64,000 nucleotides of DNA from assembly GCA_018675685.1 (NCBI GenBank), contig JABGXP010000018.1, positions 16,175 through 80,174 of the forward strand. The letters run 5' to 3'. Positions within the stretch are counted from its first letter, which is position 1. Each line of letters begins with the position of its first letter. The stretch comes from a bacterium (GTDB lineage: Bacteria; Patescibacteriota; Minisyncoccia; Moranbacterales; DUUL01). The translations under genes were made by a program, and so were the position numbers. The notes beneath the pieces are model-generated. The model did no database searches. It was not told the DNA's origin and worked only from the letters and a program-made list of their open reading frames with translations. Positions 9,111 to 18,550 of the stretch are shown in pieces.

Positions 9111-9959
9111 ATGAGAGGAAAATCGATTGAGATTCTACGTGATGCAATGAGAGGTGATTATGCAGTTGGTGCTTTTAATACATCAAACATGGAATTGACT
9201 CAAGCAATTGTACGTGCGGCAAAACAGGAAGGTCCTTGTATTGTTCAGGCAACAACAAATGGTTTTAAATACGGAAACAGTCAGGTTATGGGTCGATTAG
9301 TAAAAAATATAATTGAGTTTGAATCTGAAAGCGCAAAGATCGGCTTTCATCTAGATCATGGAAAAAGTTTCGATGACATTGTTAGTGCAATTGATGCAGG
9401 AGTTGACTCTGTTATGATTGATGCTTCTTTGATGTCTTTCGAAGACAACATTAAGGTAACAAAGCAAATAGTTGAATACGCACACAAAAACGGTGTAACC
9501 GTACAAGCTGAACTTGGGGCCGTCCCGTATCTTGGGAGGGAAGATCAGGAGATCGATTGGGATTCAGTGATGACAAATCCAGTGCAAGCAAAAGAGCTTG
9601 TTGAAAAAACTGGAATTGACGCTCTAGCAGTTGGAATTGGAAATGCACACGGTTTCTTTAAGGAAAGAGATGTCCCTGATTGGGAGCGTTTAGAAGAAAT
9701 TCGTAGATTACTTCCGGAAACTCCATTAATTATGCACGGAGCTTCTGACTGGGGTGACGTCAATGTGAAAAAAGCAATCGAGGGTGGCGTCTGTTGTTTT
9801 AATATAGATACTGACATCAGGGTTGCTTTCTTGAGCACAATTTGTCACGAAACTGGCAATGGGTGCAATGTGACTGATCCAAGGAAGCTCCTAGGCTTAG
9901 CGAGAGATAAGGTTCAATCTGTTGTGCAAGGTAAAATCAGAATGTTTAGCGGAAAATAA
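9111..9959 (+). CDS. fba: Class II fructose-bisphosphate aldolase
   Basis: HLDHG, SVMIDAS, GNAHG, MHGAS, NIDTD. Confidence 0.92.
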   Translation: MRGKSIEILRDAMRGDYAVGAFNTSNMELTQAIVRAAKQEGPCIVQATTNGFKYGNSQVMGRLVKNIIEFESESAKIGFHLDHGKSFDDIVSAIDAGVDSVMIDASLMSFEDNIKVTKQIVEYAHKNGVTVQAELGAVPYLGREDQEIDWDSVMTNPVQAKELVEKTGIDALAVGIGNAHGFFKERDVPDWERLEEIRRLLPETPLIMHGASDWGDVNVKKAIEGGVCCFNIDTDIRVAFLSTICHETGNGCNVTDPRKLLGLARDKVQSVVQGKIRMFSGK

Positions 9960-10097
9960 CCCTTGTTTTTTTAAGGGAGTATTTTAGTCTAAAAAGTTAA
10001 AAGTTAAAGCAAGAGTTTTGACTTTTTTACTAAAAACATGTAATGTTAGGGAATGAGAAAGTAATTTTTCATTTGAAAGTTAACTAGATAAAGCACA

Positions 10098-10234
10098 GCG
10101 AATAGTTGCAATCTGGAGCAAGCAAAGAATATGAAAACGAATAGCGAAAAACATATCATATCTATTAGAAGTCTCTTTATACATAAAACCTGCCCAAAAA
10201 AGGGACAGGAAGTTTTAATCTTGCAGCAATTCGT
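10098..10234 (+). ncRNA. Structured RNA candidate upstream of rny (6S-like position)
   Basis: Closing stem GCGAATAGTTGCAA/TTGCAGCAATTCGT plus an internal hairpin; TTGACT-N17-TAATGT promoter near 10018. Confidence 0.4.
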
Positions 10235-10244
10235 GTAAAAAATT

Positions 10245-11762
10245 ATGGAAATTGTGATTGGCCTGTTGGCACTTGCTTTGGGCTCTTCGGGTGGTTATTT
10301 TGCGAGAAAAGTTATCGCAAAAAACCAAGCTGGAACTGCTGAAGCAAAAGCTGTTAGAATTCTTGAAGACGCTAAAATCGAAGCTAAGAAACACTTAGTT
10401 GATGCAAAAAACAAAGCCGTCGAAGATCTTGAGGAAGTTAAAAAAGAAGAAAAAAAACAACGAGAAGTTCTGCGAAATGTTGAGCATCGTTTAGACGTCA
10501 AAGAACAAAAAATTGACAGCAGAATCTCTCAGGTTGAAAAAGAAAAGAGAACCTTGGAAAACAAGGCAAACGAAATCAGAAAAGTCAGAGAAGAAGTTTT
10601 GAGAGTAAAAGAACAGCAAGTTGAGCGCTTAGAACGTATTGCTGAAATGAAGAAAGAGGACGCTAAAAAGGTCTTGCTTTCGCTTGCAGAAAAAGACAAT
10701 AAAGACGAGATTGTCAGAAAGATTAGCACCCTGGAGAGAGAAAAAAAGGAGGAGATAGAAGGAGAGGCAAAAGATTTAATGGCAATAGCCATGCAACGCT
10801 ATGCTGGATCTCACGCCACCGACACAACAACTACCACAATCTCAATCCCTTCTGATGAGATGAAAGGAAGAATTATTGGTCGTGAAGGTCGAAACATCAA
10901 AGCTCTTGAGCGTTTAACCGGAGCTGAAATTATTGTTGACGATACTCCAGAGGCGATTGTAATTTCTGGATTTGATCCTATTCGAAGAGAAACGGCTAAA
11001 ATTGCCCTTGGAAAGCTTATTGAGGATGGTAGAATTCATCCAGCTAAAATCGAAGAGTCTGTTGAAAAAGCTCGAGAAGAGCTAAATAGAAGAATTAAAG
11101 AAGCAGGAGAGGCAGCTGTCTATGATGTTGGAATCCCAGGACTTGAAAATAAACTTTCTCAATTACTGGGACGTCTGAAATACCGAACAAGTTATGGGCA
11201 GAATGTGCTATTGCATTCATTGGAGGTCGCACATATTTCAGGAGTTTTGGCTGCTGAATTGGGATTAGATTCTGCTATTGCTAAAAAAGCAGGGCTCTTG
11301 CATGACATTGGGAAGTCAGTTGATCATGAAGTTCAGGGAACGCACGTTGAGATCGGAGCTAATATTCTAGAGAAATTTAAACAGTCTAAACAAATTATTG
11401 ACGCAGTTAAGTCTCATCACGAAGACTATCCGTTTAGAGACAATTATGGTCTTATTATTGCTGCTGCAGATGCCCTTAGTGCTTCTCGCCCAGGTGCAAG
11501 AAAAGATACACTAGAGAATTATCTGAAGCGCTTAAGAGAATTAGAAGAGGTAGTACTTTCTTTTGGAGAAGTTGATAAGTGCTATGCTATTCAAGCAGGG
11601 AGGGAAGTCCGTGTGTTTGTAAACCCAGAAAAAATTGGAGACCTAGATTCCCTTAAATTAGCCAAAAAAATAGCGCAAAAGATAGAAGAGGATCTTAATT
11701 ATCCAGGCGAAATAAAAATTAATGTCTTGAGAGAAACGCGTTCAGTTGAATATGCTAGATAA
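10245..11762 (+). CDS. rny: Ribonuclease Y
   Basis: N-terminal TM, coiled coil, KH (KGRIIGREGRNI), HD (LLHDIGK). Confidence 0.97.
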   Translation: MEIVIGLLALALGSSGGYFARKVIAKNQAGTAEAKAVRILEDAKIEAKKHLVDAKNKAVEDLEEVKKEEKKQREVLRNVEHRLDVKEQKIDSRISQVEKEKRTLENKANEIRKVREEVLRVKEQQVERLERIAEMKKEDAKKVLLSLAEKDNKDEIVRKISTLEREKKEEIEGEAKDLMAIAMQRYAGSHATDTTTTTISIPSDEMKGRIIGREGRNIKALERLTGAEIIVDDTPEAIVISGFDPIRRETAKIALGKLIEDGRIHPAKIEESVEKAREELNRRIKEAGEAAVYDVGIPGLENKLSQLLGRLKYRTSYGQNVLLHSLEVAHISGVLAAELGLDSAIAKKAGLLHDIGKSVDHEVQGTHVEIGANILEKFKQSKQIIDAVKSHHEDYPFRDNYGLIIAAADALSASRPGARKDTLENYLKRLRELEEVVLSFGEVDKCYAIQAGREVRVFVNPEKIGDLDSLKLAKKIAQKIEEDLNYPGEIKINVLRETRSVEYAR

Positions 11763-11887
11763 GAAAAAATTTGATTTTTTTCTAACTATTGCCTAGAATA
11801 GGGGAAATGATGTAGAATACATTAAGAGACCAAAAAAATATTCAATTTTAATAAAAAATAACTAACAACTAGAATGGAGGTGAAACT

Positions 11888-12163
11888 ATGAACAAAAGCG
11901 CAGTAGTAGATGCAGTTGCAGCAAAAACTGGACAAAGTAAGAAAGACACTGAAATGGTAATTGAAGCAGTCTTGGATACAATCAAAGATTCACTTCAAAG
12001 AGAAGATACAGTAGCTTTCACAGGATTCGGAACTTTCTCAGTTTCTCACAGAGCAGCAAGAGAAGGAATCAATCCTGCTACAAGAGAAAAGATCCAAATT
12101 CCTGCAGTTAAAGTCCCTAAATTTAAGGCTGGAAAAGGTCTTAAGGACGCAGTTAGAGGATAA
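11888..12163 (+). CDS. hup: HU DNA-binding protein
   Basis: MNK...GFGTF...R.GINPAT...IPA..PKFKAGKGLK; GGAGGTG SD. Confidence 0.96.
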   Translation: MNKSAVVDAVAAKTGQSKKDTEMVIEAVLDTIKDSLQREDTVAFTGFGTFSVSHRAAREGINPATREKIQIPAVKVPKFKAGKGLKDAVRG

Positions 12164-12180
12164 TTTTCTTTATCCACTTT

Positions 12181-12213
12181 AAAACAAAGCCGCCCCTTGG
12201 GCGGTTTTGTTTG
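12181..12213 (+). terminator. Intrinsic terminator after hup
   Basis: AAACAAAGCCGCCC-CTT-GGGCGGTTTTGTTT. Confidence 0.8.
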
Positions 12214-12372
12214 TTTATAGGTGTAAAAAGGCCTTTTTAAGAAAGATTGTTTGAATGGTTTGATGTATGTGTCCAAAAAGCTTTCTAGCGCTTTTAAGCG
12301 ACAGTTTTAGTGTTTTACATATTGCTTAAAATCCAGTATAATAAATACAAAGAAAATAAGCCTCACAACAAA

Positions 12373-12846
12373 ATGAAAACAAAAACAAAAAAAATTGAAT
12401 TTAAAGCTGAAAAGAAAATTGAAAAAATTGAATTTACAACTGAAAAACAAGTTGATTTTCTTGATGTCACTGATCGTATAGAAGAGTTTATTGAGAGTAC
12501 GGGAATTAAGGATGGATTAGTAAATGTTTTTTCTCCGCACACAACATCTTCAATAATAATCAATCATAACGAGGAAATGTTGAAACAGGATCTAATGAGG
12601 GTTCTATACAAACTTATCCCAGTCGACGAAAGGTATGCACATGACATGTTTGAGCTTACAAATAAGACAAAATCTGATGGACGTAGTAATGGACATAGTC
12701 ATTGTAAGGTGATGTTGCTGGGCTCTAGCGAGTCAATCCCTCTGGAAGACGGCGCTATGTTGCTAGGGGAAAAACAAAGTATTTTCTTTGTTGAACTAGA
12801 CGGGGCCAGAAAAAGATCTTTTTATGTACAAGTACTAGGTGGTTAG
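12373..12846 (+). CDS. yjbQ: YjbQ/UPF0047 family protein
   Basis: FSPHTT, YAHD, NGHSH, LG..Q.IFFVELDG.R.R. Confidence 0.88.
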   Translation: MKTKTKKIEFKAEKKIEKIEFTTEKQVDFLDVTDRIEEFIESTGIKDGLVNVFSPHTTSSIIINHNEEMLKQDLMRVLYKLIPVDERYAHDMFELTNKTKSDGRSNGHSHCKVMLLGSSESIPLEDGAMLLGEKQSIFFVELDGARKRSFYVQVLGG

Positions 12847-12980
12847 CCTCGACGGATAAAGGATAAACATTTGACAATTTTTGGTTATCGTGTTATTATG
12901 TTTTTACGTATTAAATGGCATATAATTCTGTGCCTTGAAATGCTTTACACAAGCGATAACTACTAAATTTTTTGCGTTAT

Positions 12981-14051
12981 ATGAGCAAAGGAATACTTTC
13001 GAGTTTTGTTTTAAATAAGGTTGCAAAAAACCTCTTAGATATTTTAAAAGAAAGACCTCGTAAAATTATTATCAAGAGATTTGGGTTGGACGGGCAAGAC
13101 CCGAGAGTTTTGGGTAGCATTGGGGATGAATTTGGTATCACAAGGGAGAGAGTCAGGCAAATTGAAGGGGACAGTTTTAAAAAGCTTCAAGTCGTCAAGA
13201 AGGAAAGTGATTTTACAGCATTAATCGATGCTGCTATTGAAGTTATTGAAGAAAATGGAGGCTTTTGTGAGAAGAAAAAATTAAAAGAAACATTGAAAGG
13301 AGATATAACTAAGAAAGAAAGAAATCAAGTTATGTTCCTTTTGAATAGCTCAAAGAGATTGAAGTTTAAAAAAGGTAAGTTGAGCATGAGTGGTTTTTGG
13401 TTTTTAAAAGGTGATAAAGTGGATAAAAAAATTCTTAAAATTCACAGTGCGGTTGTTAAATTTATCAAAGCTCAAAGAAGCCCATCTCTTTTTGAGGATA
13501 TTCTTTCAGAATTTAGGAATTCAGAATTTAGTGAATTTTTCACAGGAGAGGTTGGTTTAAAAAGAATGCGAATGATTCTAGAGATGAGTAGATTGGTGAA
13601 TAAAAATATTCTTGAAGAATGGGGAATGAAGAATTGGAAGATTATCTCTGAACGAGGAGCTAGAGAAAAAGCTTTCTTAGTATTAAGAAAACATGAAGAG
13701 CCGTTACATTTCAGAAAAATTACAGATCATATAAATGATTACTGGGGAGATAAAAAAGAAGCTCTTCCACAAACAGTGCATAATGAATTGATCAAAGACG
13801 ATAGATTTGTTTTGGTGGGGAGAGGTATCTATGGTTTGAACGATTGGGGATTCCCCGAAGGGACTGTTAAGGAGGTAATGTTCTCTTTTCTAAATGACAA
13901 TGATAAACCTTTAGACAAAGAGTTGATTATTAAGTATGTGCTTTCAAAAAAACAAGTGAAAGAAACCACAGTCAAGGTTACATTGGCTGATCGAGGAATT
14001 TTCGACAAAACAGAAGATGGAAAATTCACTTTGAAAAAGCAAGGCACTTAG
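12981..14051 (+). CDS. Sigma-70 region 4-like HTH plus RNAP-delta/HARE-HTH domain protein
   Basis: RFGL...IG..FGITRERVRQIE; PLHF..I...QTVHNELIKDDRFVLVGRGIYGL. Confidence 0.75.
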   Translation: MSKGILSSFVLNKVAKNLLDILKERPRKIIIKRFGLDGQDPRVLGSIGDEFGITRERVRQIEGDSFKKLQVVKKESDFTALIDAAIEVIEENGGFCEKKKLKETLKGDITKKERNQVMFLLNSSKRLKFKKGKLSMSGFWFLKGDKVDKKILKIHSAVVKFIKAQRSPSLFEDILSEFRNSEFSEFFTGEVGLKRMRMILEMSRLVNKNILEEWGMKNWKIISERGAREKAFLVLRKHEEPLHFRKITDHINDYWGDKKEALPQTVHNELIKDDRFVLVGRGIYGLNDWGFPEGTVKEVMFSFLNDNDKPLDKELIIKYVLSKKQVKETTVKVTLADRGIFDKTEDGKFTLKKQGT

Positions 14052-14108
14052 TATTAAAAATTGAAATTGTGGTATTGAATAGTCTGAAATTATCAGAAAT
14101 AAAAATAA

Positions 14109-15509
14109 ATGCTACTTAAAAATACAGATCCGAGACATAAAACAACGATCATTCTAGGCGGTATAACCGTTTTGCTTTTGATTTTAGTTATCACGATGAT
14201 GTTCATTAATGGGGACATTGTCTTTTTTTCTGTCTTGCAAGATACATTTAAAAACTTATGGTGGGTTATTTTGCCAATTCCAGTTTGGAAGATTTTCTAT
14301 TTAGTTTGGGAAGAGTATATTGATTTAATGTGGGCAGTTGCAACGCCGCGTATAACACTAGAAATCATCCCTCCTGCTGACACAGAGAAAGGTCCCAAGA
14401 TCATGGAGCAAATATTTCATGGGCTTCATACACAGTCTAGTTTAAACAAATTTGAAATATATTGTGGGTGGCGAACCAATCAAGACAAGTTTTCTTTTGA
14501 AATAGCCTCACATGAAGGTAGCGTGCATTTTTATATCAATTGCCCAGCTACCACTAGAAACAACGTTGAGGCCCAAATTTACGCACAATACCCTGATACT
14601 GAGATATTCCAAGTAGAAGATTATGTTTGGTCTCATACACCAAAAAATTTGCCCAATGTTGAATGGGATGTTTGGGGAACAACATTAAAATTAGTTAGCG
14701 AAGACCAGTTGCCAATTAGAACCCACAAACATTTCAAGGAGGAAATAACAGGCGTTATGATTGATCCTTTATCTTCACTCACTGAAGTTATGAGTGCAAT
14801 AGGTAAGGATCAACATGTTTGGTTCCAGATAGTCTTTACTCCATTGCATGAAAGAGATTGGCACCCCCAGAGCATGGATTATATAAACAAACTCATTGGA
14901 AAGGGTGAGAGCGAAAAAACAAAAAAAAGCTTTTTTGGATATTTGGGAGAATTCTTTGTTCTACCTGGGAACATCCTTCGCGGAATGTTGGTTGAAGAAG
15001 CAGAACTGATAGCTCCTGAGATGGGCTCAACTGAGGAAATTGTGAAAAATGATTTTAATATTAATAAACTTTCTCCGGATGAGCAAGAGAGAGTGAAAGC
15101 GGTATATGAAAATATTTCAAAAATTGCTTTTGGCACTACAATGAGATTTGTTTATACCGGAAAGAGGGATGGTTTTAACAAAGCGCTCGGTGTCGCGGGT
15201 GTTATGGGTGCTATTAAACAATTTGGCGACACAAACTTAAATGCATTATACCCAGATCCACGTTCCAAAACCTTTGCACTTTATGGTTTTACTGATTCAA
15301 GACTGGCCTTTAGACAAAGAAGAGTGGTTCAAAATTTCAGAGACAGAAGTTTCTCTCAAGGAAAATTTGTTTTTAATATTGAGGAACTGGCAACAGTGTA
15401 TCACTTTCCAGATATGTCAGTTAAGTCGCCTAATGTTTCGAGAGTGGATGCTAAAAAGGGAAGTGCTCCAGCTAATTTGCCAATTGAATTTGAGTCATCA
15501 TTGCAATAA
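14109..15509 (+). CDS. Membrane-anchored conserved protein associated with VirD4-like ATPase
   Basis: N-terminal TMs, FSFEI, YAQYP, NIEELATVYHFP, P.NLP end; family typical of CPR. Confidence 0.7.
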   Translation: MLLKNTDPRHKTTIILGGITVLLLILVITMMFINGDIVFFSVLQDTFKNLWWVILPIPVWKIFYLVWEEYIDLMWAVATPRITLEIIPPADTEKGPKIMEQIFHGLHTQSSLNKFEIYCGWRTNQDKFSFEIASHEGSVHFYINCPATTRNNVEAQIYAQYPDTEIFQVEDYVWSHTPKNLPNVEWDVWGTTLKLVSEDQLPIRTHKHFKEEITGVMIDPLSSLTEVMSAIGKDQHVWFQIVFTPLHERDWHPQSMDYINKLIGKGESEKTKKSFFGYLGEFFVLPGNILRGMLVEEAELIAPEMGSTEEIVKNDFNINKLSPDEQERVKAVYENISKIAFGTTMRFVYTGKRDGFNKALGVAGVMGAIKQFGDTNLNALYPDPRSKTFALYGFTDSRLAFRQRRVVQNFRDRSFSQGKFVFNIEELATVYHFPDMSVKSPNVSRVDAKKGSAPANLPIEFESSLQ

Positions 15510-15581
15510 TGAAAGTATTGTATTATAATAACGCAATGTATTTTTTCAAAAAAGCCAAGAAAATCAAGCAAAATAAACAAG

Positions 15582-17387
15582 ATGGATAAATTCGAAAATA
15601 AGGAAATTAATTTTTTTGCTAAAACTAATTACCGCAATAAACAAAATGCCTTTGGAATCAAAACCGATGACAGACGTAGGCATATGTATGTCATTGGAAA
15701 GACTGGTATGGGGAAAACTACTCTGATCCAGAACATGGCTATTCAGGACATTAGAAATGGAAAAGGAATGGCTGTTATTGATCCGCATGGTGAGTTTGCT
15801 GAGGATTGTTTGGAAGCTGTGCCAGCGCATCGTATTAATGATGTTATTTATTTCAATCCTGCTGACTTAAAAAATCCTGTCGCATTAAATGTACTCGAGT
15901 GTCAAGATCAAGAATTCAGACACTTAATTGCTTCTGGACTGGTTGGTGTTTTTAAGAAAATATGGGCTGACTCTTGGGGGCCAAGACTGGAATATATCCT
16001 TAGAAATGCGATCTTAGCGCTCTTAGAAGATCCAGACTCAACACTATTAGGAGTAACAAGAATTCTGATTGATAAGGAATACCGAGCTAGGGTTATGGAA
16101 CATGTAACAGATCCACTAGTTAGGTCATTTTGGGAGGATGAATTTTCAAAATATAACGATAGAATGCTTACAGAGGCAATATCTCCTATTCAAAACAAGG
16201 TCGGACAGTTTCTTTCAACGACCCTTATCAGAAACATCGTTGGTCAAACAAAATCAGCTTTTGATGTTCGGAAGGCAATGGATGAAGAGAAAATTCTAAT
16301 CATGAACCTTGCTAAGGGTAGAATTGGAGAAGACAACAGTGCACTTTTAGGAGCAATGATGATTACAAAGATTCAACTTGCAGCAATGTCTAGAGTAGAT
16401 ATTGAAGAGGGCAAGAGGAAGGATTTTTATCTATATGTCGATGAGTTTCAAAATTTTGCAACAGAATCATTTGCAGGAATTCTTTCAGAGGCTCGAAAAT
16501 ATAGGTTGAATCTTATCTTAGCTCATCAATATATTGCTCAATTAGAAGAATCTGTAAAAGATGCAGTATTTGGAAATGTAGGGACAATAGCATCCTTTAG
16601 AATTGGTGCTATGGACTCCGAAACCCTAGAGAAGGAATTTGAGCCAGTGTTTTTTGCTAATGACTTAGTAAATCTGAATAAGTATCATGTATACTTAAAG
16701 TTAATGATTGATGGAGTGGCCACTAGTCCTTTTTCAGCAGCATCTTTGGAGCCTATTGATATGGAGGAGACATCCAAGAGTCTTGAGAAGATCATACAAG
16801 CCTCCAGGGAGCGATATTCTTCAGAGAGAGGCGAAGTTGAAGACAATATTATGAAATGGAGTGGCATGGTTAAGCCTGAAGTTAAGAACCGCATTTCTGC
16901 GTTGGCGCAAGGAAAAGAAACAAAAATTCCTCCTATAAACAAAAAGCAAGTCAATGTTAATCAAGTAAAAACGGACGCCTCAAGTATTCACAAAAAAGGA
17001 GTCGACTCGTCTGCGCAGGAAGATGACAGAGAGTTGTTTTCAACAAAATGTTGGGGTTGCGGAGTTATTACCAAAATACCTTTTAAGCCAGATGGAAAGA
17101 GACCAATTTTCTGCAAAGATTGTTTAAAAAATTACAGGAGAGAGCAATCTAAGCTGCAAAAGCAATTGGTTGATAGTGAAGTATCACCTGCCTTAGAAGA
17201 TAATTTGGCTAAAGAAGAGAAAGTCCAATCTTCGAAAACAGAAAAACCTTTTGCTCAAGCTTTTGAAAAACTATCTGAAGAAAAAGAAGGTTTAGGTAAA
17301 AAGAAAGAGAGTTCTTCCGAAAAACCTCAAATTGACACAAAAGGCTTGAGGGATATGATATCAAGTGCACTAAAAACTGAAAAATAG
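15582..17387 (+). CDS. VirD4/TraD-like coupling ATPase with C-terminal CxxC-x17-CxxC domain
   Basis: HMYVIGKTGMGKTT, IDPHG, YVDEFQNF, EARKY..AHQ; CWGC...CKDC. Confidence 0.85.
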   Translation: MDKFENKEINFFAKTNYRNKQNAFGIKTDDRRRHMYVIGKTGMGKTTLIQNMAIQDIRNGKGMAVIDPHGEFAEDCLEAVPAHRINDVIYFNPADLKNPVALNVLECQDQEFRHLIASGLVGVFKKIWADSWGPRLEYILRNAILALLEDPDSTLLGVTRILIDKEYRARVMEHVTDPLVRSFWEDEFSKYNDRMLTEAISPIQNKVGQFLSTTLIRNIVGQTKSAFDVRKAMDEEKILIMNLAKGRIGEDNSALLGAMMITKIQLAAMSRVDIEEGKRKDFYLYVDEFQNFATESFAGILSEARKYRLNLILAHQYIAQLEESVKDAVFGNVGTIASFRIGAMDSETLEKEFEPVFFANDLVNLNKYHVYLKLMIDGVATSPFSAASLEPIDMEETSKSLEKIIQASRERYSSERGEVEDNIMKWSGMVKPEVKNRISALAQGKETKIPPINKKQVNVNQVKTDASSIHKKGVDSSAQEDDRELFSTKCWGCGVITKIPFKPDGKRPIFCKDCLKNYRREQSKLQKQLVDSEVSPALEDNLAKEEKVQSSKTEKPFAQAFEKLSEEKEGLGKKKESSSEKPQIDTKGLRDMISSALKTEK

Positions 17388-17502
17388 AAAGTTAGGCTAT
17401 GGTAAAGTGCTGGACAAAATTTAAAAAGCATGCTATACAGGATGAAAAGGTGGTTTTTTTTGTCGTTGAAGTTGAACCATTTATATTTTAAGTGACTCTA
17501 CT

Positions 17503-18261
17503 ATGTTGAATAAGGAATTAGAAAAATTAGGTCTTTCTGAAAAGGAGACAAGTGTTTATTTAGCCGCTATTCAAACGGGTCCTTCATCTGTGCAAAAAAT
17601 TTCTCAAAAATCTAAAGTTAACAGAGCAACGACATATGTTATCATAGAGAGTTTGATAGAAATGGGCATGATGTCAACCTATGACGAAGGGAAAAAGACT
17701 TTCTATGTCGCCGAAAAACCACAAAGGTTAGTGGAACATTTCTCCGAGAAGGAGAAAGCCATTCATAAAAAAATTGATAAATTGAAGGGGATTATCCCAG
17801 AACTAGATTTATTGTATAATGATTATAGTGATAAACCGAGGATTAGATATTTTGAAGGAGTCGATGGTCTTCGAGCTGTTTACAATGATTTTGTTGATAG
17901 TCTAAAGGAAAATGAAACTATCTACACCTTTCTTCCGTATGATGAGTTCTATAATTCGGTTTTGAAAGATAGCCTAAAAGGTGCTAGACAGAGAAGACTC
18001 GCGAAGAACATTGATACGAAAATAATTTACACTTCAGAAGAGGGAAGAAAAATTAGTTATGAAGTGCAGAGTAGGAAAAAAGGAAAAGAATGTTTGTTTG
18101 TTTCTTTTGAAAAATATCCTTTCAAAGGAGGTATGAATGTCTACGGCAACAAAGTTTTTATGATTGATTATTCAGGTAAGTTAGGTGGGGTGGTTATCGA
18201 AAATCAGACTTTAGCTGATATGTTGAAAATCTTCTTTAATATTATTTGGGATAAAAGATAA
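17503..18261 (+). CDS. TrmB-family transcriptional regulator
   Basis: LGLSEKETSVYLA..VNRATTY..L..MG; IRYFEG..G. Confidence 0.85.
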   Translation: MLNKELEKLGLSEKETSVYLAAIQTGPSSVQKISQKSKVNRATTYVIIESLIEMGMMSTYDEGKKTFYVAEKPQRLVEHFSEKEKAIHKKIDKLKGIIPELDLLYNDYSDKPRIRYFEGVDGLRAVYNDFVDSLKENETIYTFLPYDEFYNSVLKDSLKGARQRRLAKNIDTKIIYTSEEGRKISYEVQSRKKGKECLFVSFEKYPFKGGMNVYGNKVFMIDYSGKLGGVVIENQTLADMLKIFFNIIWDKR

Positions 18262-18372
18262 TAGATCCTCTCTAGAGAATTTGCTTGGCCAATTTAAAAT
18301 TAGATTTTATTTAAATCAAATTTTAAATTGGCTGGGAAAATGTCAAAAATGACGCAAAGGAGGAAATTATGG

Positions 18373-18456
18373 ATGGCGACTAACAGTTCATTGGACGAAG
18401 AAACAACAGGAAAGAGTGGAGCTGAGACGCTTCAAAACCCTAACCAACGACGGTAG
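18373..18456 (+). CDS. Candidate 27-aa small protein MATNSSLDEETTGKSGAETLQNPNQRR
   Basis: AAAGGAGG SD 9 nt upstream; stop falls in the 5' arm of the terminator. Confidence 0.3.
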   Translation: MATNSSLDEETTGKSGAETLQNPNQRR

Positions 18457-18490
18457 CTTGTTAGCAAACAAGCTGCCGTCGAATTTTTTT
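18448..18490 (+). terminator. Intrinsic terminator
   Basis: CGACGGTAGCTTGTT...AACAAGCTGCCGTCG followed by a T run. Confidence 0.8.
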
Positions 18491-18550
18491 ATAAAAGTTC
18501 TAATAAGTTTGCTATAATAATGTTAATAATAGTTTTTAACAAGATCTAAG

